From NCBI RefSeq assembly GCF_964213995.1, contig NC_135803.1, positions 3,906,001-3,970,000 on the forward strand: a DNA stretch of 64,000 bases, written 5' to 3'. This stretch comes from Mustelus asterias (Eukaryota). Below the pieces are notes generated by a model. It was not told the DNA's origin. It made no database searches and saw only the letters and a program-made list of their open reading frames with translations. The position numbers and the translations under genes were made by a program. This document shows, piece by piece, positions 49,001 to 59,800 of this stretch (its first letter is position 1; every line of letters starts with the position of its first letter).

Positions 49001-50178
49001 ACATGGACTTCAGCAAGGCGTTCGATAGGTCCCCCCATGCAAGACTTCTCGAGAAAGTGAGAGGGCATGGGATCCAAGGGGCTGTTGCCTTGTGGATTCA
49101 GAACTGGCTTGCCTGCAGAAGGCAGAGAGTGGTTGTAGACGGGTCTTTTTCTGAATGGAGGTCGGTCACCAGTGGAGTGCCTCAGGGATCTGTTCTGGGA
49201 CCCTTGCTGTTTGTCATTTTCATAAATGACCTGGATGAGGAAGTGGAGGGATGGGTTGGTAAGTTTGCCGACGACACGAAGGATGGTGGTGTTGTGGATA
49301 GGTTGGAGGGATGTCAGAAGCTGCAGCGTGACGTAGGTAAGATGCAAGACTGGGCGGAGAAGTGGCAGATGGACTTCAACCTGGATAAATGTGCAGTAGT
49401 CCATTTTGGTAGGTCAAATGGGATGAAGGAGTATAATATCAAGGGTAAGACTCTTAGCAGTGTAGAGGATCAGAAGGACCTTGGGGTCCGGGTCCATAGG
49501 ACTCTTAAATCGACCTCGCAGGTAGAGGAGGTGGTTAAGAAGGCGTATGGTGTGCTGGCCTTCATCAATCGAAGGATTGAGTTTAGGAGTCTGGAGATAA
49601 TGATGCAGCTTCATAACATCCTCGTCAGACCCCACTTGGAGTATTGTGCTCAGTTCTGGTCGCCTCATTACAGGAGGAATGTGGAAATGATTGAAAGGGT
49701 GCAGAGAAGGTTTACAAGGATGTTGCCTGGATTGGTTGGCATGCCTTATGAGGATAGGCTGAGGGAGCTCGGTCTTTTCTCCTTGGAGAGACGAAGGATG
49801 AGAGGTGACCTGATAGAGGTGCGCAAGATGTTGAGAGGTACAAATTGGGTGGCTTCTCGGAGGCTTTTTCCCAGGGCTGAAATGGCTGCTATGAGAGGAC
49901 ACAGGTTAAAGGTGCTGGGGAGTAGGTACAGAAGAGATGTCAGGGGTAAGTTTTTCACTCAGAGGTTGGTGGGTGAGTGGAATCGGCTGCCGTCAGTGGT
50001 GGTTGAGGCAAACTCGATAGGGTCTTTTAAGAGACTTCTGGATGAGTACATGGGACTTAATAGTATTGAGGGTTATAGGTAAGCCTATATATAAACCTAG
50101 GTAGGTAGGAACATGACCGGCGCAACTTGGAGTCCGAAGGGCCTGTTTGTGCTGTATTTGTTCTATGTTCTGTGTTCT
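46007..50178 (+). mobile_element. Near full-length CR1 LINE (ORF1 SGNH esterase-like, ORF2 APE endonuclease + reverse transcriptase)
   Basis: ORF1 VLIGGSTVRG...CLPGA...VHIGTGDI. ORF2 [58 protein letters not shown]. (TTCTATG)-type tail; possible AATG TSD. Confidence 0.93.
47264..47617 (-). mobile_element. CR1 3' fragment nested in the ORF2 endonuclease of the long CR1
   Basis: (AAAGAAC)n tail on +; TGTTTTAC duplicated at 47256-47263 and 47618-47625. Confidence 0.85.
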
Positions 50179-50369
50179 AATGTCCCTGACAAAGATTTGA
50201 AGCAGAGTTCCTGAGTAGACCTTGAGCAAGGAATGTTCCACATATTCCATACACAGAACCTAGATACATGTATCTTGTTCATCTTGGCAAACTTGTTTTC
50301 CGAAAGTCATACAAGAAACAGTAAGGTGGTTACAACATCTTCAGTTACGTAGAATCACCGGCGAAGTTG

Positions 50370-52050
50370 GGACTGTTTTCCTTGGAGAAGATTATATTTG
50401 ATAGAGGTATTCAAAATCACACGGGGTCTGGGCAAAGTTGATAGGGGAAAACCTATCCCATTGGCCGAAAGATTGGGAACCAGAGGGCACAGGTTTAAGG
50501 TAATTGGCTGAAGAAGCAATGGTGACCTGAACGAAAGACTTTTCACACAGCGAGTTGCTAAGACCTGAAGTGCATTGCCTGAGAATCTGGTGGAGACAAA
50601 GTCAGCTGAGGTTTTTAAAAGCGAATTGGATCATTATCTGAATAGGAAACAAAATGCTAGGCTACGGGATAAAGGCATGGAAGTGGGAATCGGTGAACAG
50701 CTCCTTCAGAGGGCCAGCGCAGATACGGCTGTAACCCTTCTATGAATCTACGATTGTAAGACCCCGTTGCAGTTGTCGAGTGCATTGCGACCAAATTTGC
50801 TGACGAGGCAAAGATAGTTAAGAAGGCAAGACAAATGTTAGGGGGGCACGAAATGTGCAAAGCAATATCTGTTGATGAAGTAACTATGTAACAATGTGGC
50901 AGTTGGAGGATAAGATGGGAAATTGCGTGCTGGTCAACGTTGGTGAGAAGAATCGAAAATTGGAATGTTAATTAAATGGAGAGAGAATGCAGAATGCTAT
51001 GTTGGGGAGGGAGCTTGGTCTCCATGCACGGATTACCATGCGTTAGCATGCAATTGCGGAAAATATTTAGGGAGGCACATGCAATGTTGTCCTTTATTGA
51101 AATGGAGTATAAAGATAGGAAAGTTTTCTTACATCTGTACAGGGCATTTGTGAGCACACATACCGATTTTGTCTCCTCATTTTAGGGGAGATACACTTGC
51201 ATTGGAAACAATTCAGAGAAGACTCACTGGGTTGATTCCTCATATAAAAGCATTTGACTTATGAAGAAAGGTTGAATAGTTTAAGCCGATGTTCCTTGGA
51301 TTTTCAAAGAACGAGAAGCGATCTCATTGAAATATATAAGATTCATCACGTCAACCGGCCTCCCATCAATTGACTCTGTCTACACTTCCCGCTGCCTCGG
51401 AAAAGCAAGCAGCATAATCAAGGACCCCACGCACCCCGGACATACTGTCTTCCACCTTTTTCCGTTGGGAAAAAGATGTAAAGGTCTGTGGTCACGTACT
51501 AACCGGCTCAAGAACAGCTTGTTCCCTGCTGCCATCACTTCTTTGAATGGATCTACCTTATATTAAGTTGATCTTTCTCTATACCCTAGCTATGACTGTA
51601 ACACTACATTCTGCACCCTCTCCTTGCCTTCTCTATGAACGGTATGCTTTGTTTGTATAGCACACAAGAAACAATACTTTTCATTGCATACTAATACATG
51701 TGACAATAATAAATCAAATCAAATCCAATTAAATCGGATGAAAGGATTCCGAAAGTGCTTGACAGGGCAATGCTGAGAAAAGGTCTTCCTTCGTGGAGAA
51801 TCTAGAATTCGGGGAATAGTTTCAAAATTACAGGTATCTTATTTATGGAGGGGATGAGCATGAATTTATTCCCCCAGAGTACCGTTAACCTTTGGAATTC
51901 AGACAGTAGTGATTGTTGTGTCACTGAATATATTAAAAGCTATGCTAATCATATTTTGATCTACAAGGGATTGAAAGGTCATTGCGGACATGGGCGGGCA
52001 GCAAAGCTGAATTAGGGCGCAATCAGATCACCCATGAATTTCTGCATGAT
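50370..52050 (+). mobile_element. Old CR1 fragments (interrupted by Rex1/Babar)
   Basis: accaaatttgctgacgag, cagagggcacaggtttaagg, aatctagaattcgggg. Confidence 0.6.
51345..51735 (+). mobile_element. Rex1/Babar LINE 3' fragment
   Basis: LPSIDSVYTSRCLGKASSIIKDPTHPGH...RTNRLKNSLFPAAI; (AAATC)n tail; interrupts an older CR1. Confidence 0.75.
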
Positions 52051-53135
52051 CGGCGATTTCTTTCGCAGGAACAGTTGCAGCTGTTTTCTTATATTTAGTG
52101 AATATTTCATAGAAACATAGAAGAGAGGAGCAGCAGGAGGCCATTTGGCCCTTTGAGCCTGCTCCACCATTCATTACGATCATGGCTGATCATCCAACTC
52201 AATAGCCACTCCTGATTTCTCCCCATAACCTTTGATCCAATTCGCTCCAAATTTCCTCTGTAAGTGCCAAGAATTCGGAACTAAGTTTTCTGTTGCTCTC
52301 AGTGATACTGTTCTTTCTGTACTCTATGGCCTTCATTGGACAGCAATCACCATGATCACGTATGGTCAGTCACACTGTCGTTGGCGTTAGCTTTGTTCTG
52401 TTCTATTCTTGTTTTCTGAGCAAAACTGTTCTGGTGAGATTCAAAATAACCCTACCAGCTAGCAATGTAATGAAAGATATTGTGGTGAAGAGTCAGCAGT
52501 ATTTTCTGTTCTTGCTTCAGCAATGTGACAAAATAGTTTGGATGCAAACAGTGAAGATCAATCACCCCTCTCTCTGCACATTCATTCAAATTACAACCTG
52601 CCCGGTGACATTTCTTGCGTTCCCAGCTCAAACTGCCAGGTATAGAACATAGAACATAGAACATAGAACATTACAGCGCAGAACAGGCCCTTCGGCCCAC
52701 GATGTTGCACCGACCAGTTAAAAAAAAACTGTGACCCTACAACCTAAACCAATTTCTTTTCGTCCATGAACCTATCTACGGATCTCTTAAACGCCCCCAA
52801 ACTAGGCGCATTTACTACTGATGCTGGCAGGGCATTCCAATCCCTCACCACCCTCTGGGTAAAGAACCTACCCCTGACATCGGTTCTATAACTACCCCCC
52901 CTCAATTTAAAGCCATGCCCCCTCGTGCTGGATTTCTCCATCAGAGGAAAAAGGCTATCACTATCCACCCTATCTCAACCTCTAATCATCTTATATGTTT
53001 CAATAAGATCCCCTCTTAGCCGCCGCCTTTCCAGCGAAAACAATCCCAAATCCCTCAGGTATCAAAGTGTAAAGTTTAGCCTTGAGTGTGATGTGAATTC
53101 CTCAGTTACTTTCTGCTGTTTATTCAGTTGAATTG
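52050..53135 (+). pseudogene. Decayed V2R/OlfC 7TM exon (exon 6) remnant
   Basis: Recognisable homology: gttgcagctgttttcttatattt, gccaagaattcggaactaagtttt (ANNSELSF-like), ttcattggacagcaatcaccaTGA (stop replacing W), HTVVGVSFVL, LECDVNSSVTFCC. Contains stops, indels and two CR1 insertions; no upstream exons seen. Confidence 0.85.
52644..53055 (-). mobile_element. CR1 3' fragment inserted in the V2R pseudo-exon
   Basis: (AGAACAT)4 tail; TSD CAGGTAT at 52637-52643 and 53056-53062. Confidence 0.88.
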
Positions 53136-53867
53136 TTTTGGACGAAGTCAGAAGGTGCATTAGGGAAAGTTGTTTTTTCAGTGGGCTTGGAGGAGAGAGC
53201 TAACCGGCAGAGGCGACTGAATGGATGGTCTCAATTTAGTGGGGAAGAAGTCCAGGAACTCCATGCATTGGTTGCTGAAATGTGCAAGAAACAGGAATAA
53301 CCAAACGTAACAAGAGTTACCAAATAAAAATCCTGCCCAGGAGCTCTATAAAAATTGTTATTTAGGGTTGAAACAGAAGGTCATTCATCATTTCACAGTG
53401 AAACGGGAACAGATGGCACAAATTCCACTAAATGTCCGTGTCACTGAAATGCATTTTAACCCAAATTAAATATTATGCCGCTGGCATTTGGTTTATGTTT
53501 CACTAGCAAGAACCCACCTTTGGGAGTAAATTAGAAACTGTAATTCCCCATTGCATTCAAGTGAAAACATCGGGTTGATAGAATTTCTACATTGCCACGG
53601 ATTCTACCAATATGCAGTTAATCTAATTCAATTTAATACCGTCGATGTAATAAGCGATCGTCTCTAGCTCTGGAAATATGCTACCAGGGTGTCACACTGG
53701 CAACTTAAGTGATTAACGAATATCTTTCTGTCGGAAAAGCAATCTCTTGTTGTATTCAGAGGGGAACAGGTTGCGCTAATGAATTTCAGTGGCACCGCCT
53801 ACTTACATGATGGTGCATATATCGCCTTTCACTGAAAGTCACCCATTACTCCTGAAATGCGGAACGC

Positions 53868-56800
53868 ATGATCATGATGCACCTTCATCCGTTTTGGGTC
53901 CTTTTCTTACTTAATTCCATCGAAACTTTGCTTTCTACAGTTGAACATTTGTGTAAAATTCGGGAGAAGTTCAATCCCGGAGCGTTCGAAGATGGAGATG
54001 TTGTTTTGGGCGGATTATTCTCTTTACATCTAAGAACAGCTCCGGATTATAACTCATTCCAAAGCAAACCTTCGCCAGTACGATGCTTGCAGTGAGTGAC
54101 AGTTACTAATTTTCAGTTTACAATAGAAACACAGTTCTGGTTACGATTAAATGTCAATCAGCTTGTTGAAGTGGGTAAAAATGGAGTTTGCTTACTTCAA
54201 CACGTAAACAAATCTTCCAGTGTACCAGGCTGAATGGGGTAGATGTTCCTCGTTCGATGTGCGCTGTAAGTTCTCAGGCAGCGACTATAGAGATGCTCCC
54301 AGCAGTGGTTCAAATATAAAAAAGTTTGGAATGTGAAATAGTCTCGGGGTGCAGTAAACGGGCGCTATCAAATCAGCTGCTTGATTTATACTGGATAAAA
54401 TGGAAAATCATACCCGCGGCTCGGCGAATTATATTTACCTCGTTAGATAGTGTGCAGCCAGTTATATATCTCTCTCTGACTTTCTTCTTAGATGGGATTC
54501 CAATAGAAATAAAAAGGCAAATGAATGTTCGGCAGAGATGTTATAAAACGGGTCGGTTACATCGCCTGCTTAACACTTACCACATCAATTTTAGTTCCAC
54601 CCCGCAGTTTCGAGCAAGAAAAAGGGTTCACCCTTCTTGGAAGCTTTATCTTTCTTAAATGAATTACAAATGAAATTTATAACAACAACTTTCTGATCTA
54701 TGTCCAACTAGAGCATGTTTGCTTAAGTGATATTATAACCACCGAATCAGCAATGTTTAAATACGATGTGCTTCGCTAACAGCTATCATGCCGGTGTAAG
54801 GCGGTGGTTATGGCAACGACCTCTTTAGAGTAGATAACATAGAGCAGTATCATGAAAAGAAAATTGTTCTTGACATACCCTTGAAACAGAAAGTTATGAA
54901 GGAATACATCGGATAAATATAGGAATGGACACTCAATGACCAGGACAGGCTTCGGCAGCTGGACTTGTCTTTTTATTTTATTTTGAAGTGACCTATAAAA
55001 CAAATAGCCAGTCCAAATGGAATAGTTAGTTCAGAGGTCCATGATCGGAACTTCTCTAAATAACATAAATAAATATTAATAAGTAATATTAAATATTTTA
55101 CGTCAGGAGATACATTTTCACAGTGATTGACCTCTGGAAAAGTGTACTGAGTTGTAAGGTTTAGTAGGCTGAACGTATTCAAAACAGAGCTGGAAGAGTC
55201 ATTGGGAATGTCAAAACGATCTTCACATAAAGTAAACAAATCACTGGAAATTGTCTGACTCAGTCCTTGGTGCTTCATGGATCCTTGAACAGGTTTAATG
55301 TTATTTCACGCTGAGTTTTTAAATTTTCTCAGACTGACCGAGATTTGTCTCGTTTAATTTATTTTATACTTAAAAACATCGGAGCTGCTGGCGGGCGAGG
55401 TGGGGTTGGGTGAGAAGGGAAGAGAGGGTAGATGTTGAATTTAAATTACAGTGTGCCAGGGTGGGACAGACTGTACGAACCAAATATCATTTTGCAATCT
55501 TTCCTTCCTTCATACTGGTGTGGTTGAGTTGGGCTGCTTCAGTTATGGGCTGCGTGATGTAAACATTAAAATTGTGCGACTTTAGGAAAATAAGCTCTAA
55601 AAAATCATCAATGAAGCAGCATAGATTTGGAAAATTCTCAGGTCTTTTTCAAGAGTAGTTAAAATATTGATAACCAGTAATACTTGAATTTGAAAGTAAT
55701 CTTTTTAATGTGTGACAGTTTCAGCCAAAGAGGGCTTCGCTTAGCCCAAACCATGGTCTTTTCCATAGAAGAAATAAACAGAAACGAGGAGTTGCTTCCG
55801 AACATAACCCTAGGTTACAAGATCCTCGACAGCTGTGGCACACCCTCGGAGGGAATTAAAGGAGCCCTCAAATTACTTAACGAGCAGGATGAAGCCCTTT
55901 CCAATTACCCATGTGTTGGGTTTCCATCCGTACCCGTCATCATTGGAGATGGAGGATCATCGCAATCTGTCGTAGTGGCTAGGATGGTGGCCCCTTTCAG
56001 CGTTGGCATGGTAAGATGAGAATTAGTTTGGTGAAGGGCAAAGAATTACTCTGTTGGATGTAGACATTAAATCCTAACAGCATTCGTGCATCTCACTGCT
56101 AAAACCTTTTTTGGGTTTGGAGGGTGTTTAATCCATTTTGGGCAGCAACACTGAAGTATGATAGCTATTTGGAAGCACACCTAACTCCCTACCCACCGAT
56201 ATTTGCACTGGAATCGATATTTAGGAAGACGAGGCGGAATAACTCAACTGAATTTGGTAGCTTCATCTCCGACTTCAGTTATTTTTCACATCCCGAATGC
56301 GATTCCGCAGGAAAATCCAAGCAATCAATTATTTACTAAAGTATTTGCCATGTCAGTATGCAAAGTGACCAGTTGTATAACTGCCGTATGAAATGTTATA
56401 TAGTTGGCGGATATGTTCGTAGAATGGCTGTTTATAGAATATATCGAGCTACATCGAATCCACATCATGGAAGTAAATTGATGTTCATGCTCCATATGAC
56501 CCTCCTTCCATTTCTGCTCATCTCATCCCATCAGAGTTCCCTTTCATTTCTTTCACCCTGATGTGCGTCTCTATGTTCCACGTATTTGCGTGTATGGCAC
56601 CGCTTGAAATATTTCTTGTGGTGGCCCTTCCACTCTTTGGACACACTTTGGGAAAATAAGTTTAACCTGAGCTCCCTACCTGATGTATTAACAATTATCA
56701 TACAGATGTTGTTCTCGACTTGGTCACCCCATTAACCTAAACCTTTTGTTCACACCTTCTCTTTCAACGCAATTCATAATCTTAAACGCAGCAACTTGGT

Positions 56801-59800
56801 CACCACTAACGCCCCAACCCCCCAACCCGCCCGAAACACTTCTGTGTTCTCGATGTCTTTTTATTAAATGGAGATCAGAAACGTGCACCGCATTCCAATT
56901 CTGATCTAAGATCCGGTACCAATTTAACATAATTTTCATTTCTTCACGTCCATTATCTAGAAATGAGTCCTAGCTCTTGGTTTCCCCCTTTATGGCCTTA
57001 TTGAATAATAAAATACAGTGTAGAAGGAGGCCATTCAGCCCATCGAGCCTGCACCGACAAAAATCCCATCCAGGCCCTATCTACATATTTACCTGTTAAT
57101 CCCCCTGATACCAAGTGGCAATTTATCATGGCCAATCCATCTAACCGGCACATCTTTGGGTTGTGGAAGGAAACCGGAACACCCAGAGGAAACCCACACA
57201 GATACGGGGAGAATGTAGAAACTCTGCACAGACAGCGACCCGAGGCTGGAATTGAACGCGGGTCCCTGGCACTGTTAGGCAGCTGCGCTAACCACTGTGC
57301 CACCGGGCCACATGTCAGTGCCATCGCCCGACTCCAGCCCAGTCTCAGCCCATATGGAACTCACGCCCATTCCATTGTGACGTCACACTCTCACCCATTC
57401 CATTGTGACGTCAGGGCTTCACTCTCCAATCACAATCCCTGCTGGCCTCCCACATGCAGCCCGGGTCTAACACTACAGGCTGCCGCTCCATTTGGTACAA
57501 GAGGGGAGGGGGAGGGGGGTGGGGGGTGGGCGCGGGAAGTTTTTTCCGGGGTTTGGGTTTGACCGACATGTTTACAAAGCCTACACCCGCCCGCCACATT
57601 TATCATTCCCCGCACGCCGCCCTCTACCTCGTATTGATCTCGCTTCCAAGTTAAAACCGTCCGTCTGCCCGTCGCCATTACCCGCAATTATTAGCCTGCT
57701 ACTTTAGCTGATTTGTATACCTGTACGCTTAGGTTCCTGTCCTATCTCGGCTGTTATCATTGAAGCAGTATGTGACCTCTTTCTTTCACTAAAATGCATT
57801 ATCTCACAATGAGCTATGTCGAAATTTATTTACGAAGTATTCGCCCATTCTGTAAATTTGTTAATATATTCTCGATTTTCATGTCGTCCGCAAATTAAAG
57901 TTCAGATTCCAGAGTCAAAATCGTGAATGCAAATAGTGATAAAGAACAGTTCCAACACTGTTCCCTGTTGAACACCGTGTCCCCCATTTTGTCAGCCTGG
58001 GCAACTACTCCTCAATCCTACGCTAAATTCTCTGTTCTGTAGATAGCTAGCTATTCAATTTGCTTCTAATCCTCGACCCTACATGCTCGGACTTCAACCT
58101 TGAGTTTTGAAAATCCAAAGATATTAAATCTGCTACTTTATGCTTTTCCACCACGCCAGTTACCTCTTGAAGATTCAATAATGCTCATCAAGCATAACCT
58201 ACTCTTTCAAAAGCCATTCTGGCTAAGTTTTATGACAACTTCAGCTTCTGCGTTTTTTATTTCATTGTTGAGCAAGAATTCCATCATCTGTCCTGAAACC
58301 AATGGATTTCTGACTTATCTGTAGTTTCCTGAACAAAGAACAAAGAACAAAGAAAATTGCAGCACAGAAATAGGCCCTTCGACCCTCCAAGCCTGCGCCG
58401 ACCATGCTGCCCGACTTAACTAAAACCCTTTACCCTTCCGGGGACCAGAACCCTCTATTCCCATCCCGTTCATGTACATGTCAAGACGCCCCTTAAAAGT
58501 CACTACCGTATCCGCTTCCACTACCTCCCCCGGCAACAAGTTCCAGGCACCGACCACTCTCTGTGCAAAAAATCTGCCTCGTACATCTCGTTTAAACCTT
58601 GCCTCTCGCACCTTAAACCTATGCCCACAAGTAATTGACTCTTCCAGCCTGGGAAAAAGCATCTGACTATCCACTCTGTCCATGCCTCTCATAATCTTGT
58701 AGACTTCTATCAGGTCTCCCCTCAACCTCCGTCGCTGCAGTGAGAACAAACAAAGTTTCTCCAACCTCTCCTCATAACAAATGCCCTCCATACCAGGCAA
58801 CATCCTGGTAAATCTTTTCTGTAACCTCTCCAAAGCCTCCACATCCTTCTGGTAGTGTGGAGACCAGAATTGAACACTATACTCCAAGTGCAGCCTAACT
58901 AAGGTTCTATAAATCTGCAACATGACTTGCCAATTTTTAAACTCAGTACCCCGGCCGATGAGGGCATGCATGCCTAATGCCTTCTTAACTACCTTCTCCA
59001 CCCGCATTTCCACTTTCAGTATGCCATTTCCTTTATTAAATGAAGGTTTAGCATTAAGTATTCACCAGTTCTATGATACTATCCCCTTTTGTAATACATT
59101 ATAATATGTTGTAACATTGGAGTGACACAGTTATACCTTACACAACTTCTTTCAATATGCAGATGAAATCCATTTGGAACGAAATATCGCCCTCCATAAT
59201 TTGTCTTTTCAAGACTCTCCCTTTTCTACACTGAACTTTATGATACAATCTTCAAACTATTGGGGATTGCAACATTTAAAGCACGGTATCTCTTAATACA
59301 GACCCACATCTCAAAACAGCAGGTGTCCCCATCTTATAGAATATAGAACAGTACAGCACAGAACAGGCCCTTCGGCCCACGATGTTGTGCCGAGCTTTAC
59401 CTGAAACCAAGATCAAGCTATCCCACTCCCTATCATCCTGGTGTGCTCCATGTGCCTATCCAATAACCGCTTAAATGTTCCTAAAGTGTCTGACTCCACT
59501 ATCACTGCAGGCAGTCCATTCCACACCCCAATTACTCTCTGCGTAAAGAACCTACCTCTGATATCCTTCCTGTATCTCCCACCACGAACCCTATAGTTAT
59601 GCCCCCCTGTAATAGCTCCATCCACCCGAGGAAATAGTCTTTGAAACGAATTTGGCCAGTAAGGGGAGTGAACCCGCGACCTAGGCGTTATTAGCACCAC
59701 GCTCTAACCACCTGAGCTAACCGGCCAACACTTAATATCTAACAACGCAGCACTCTCAGTGTGTCTACAGCACATTTGATTGGAGCAGTTCAACAGGGCA

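Noticed and set aside
47533-50082. 849-aa ORF as a host gene or an active LINE
   Set aside because: The N-terminus comes from the antisense nested insert and the endonuclease is interrupted.
52641-52671. Short tandem repeats (AGAACAT)n, (AAAGAAC)n as an array or CRISPR-like locus
   Set aside because: They are CR1 3' microsatellite tails without spacers, in eukaryotic DNA.
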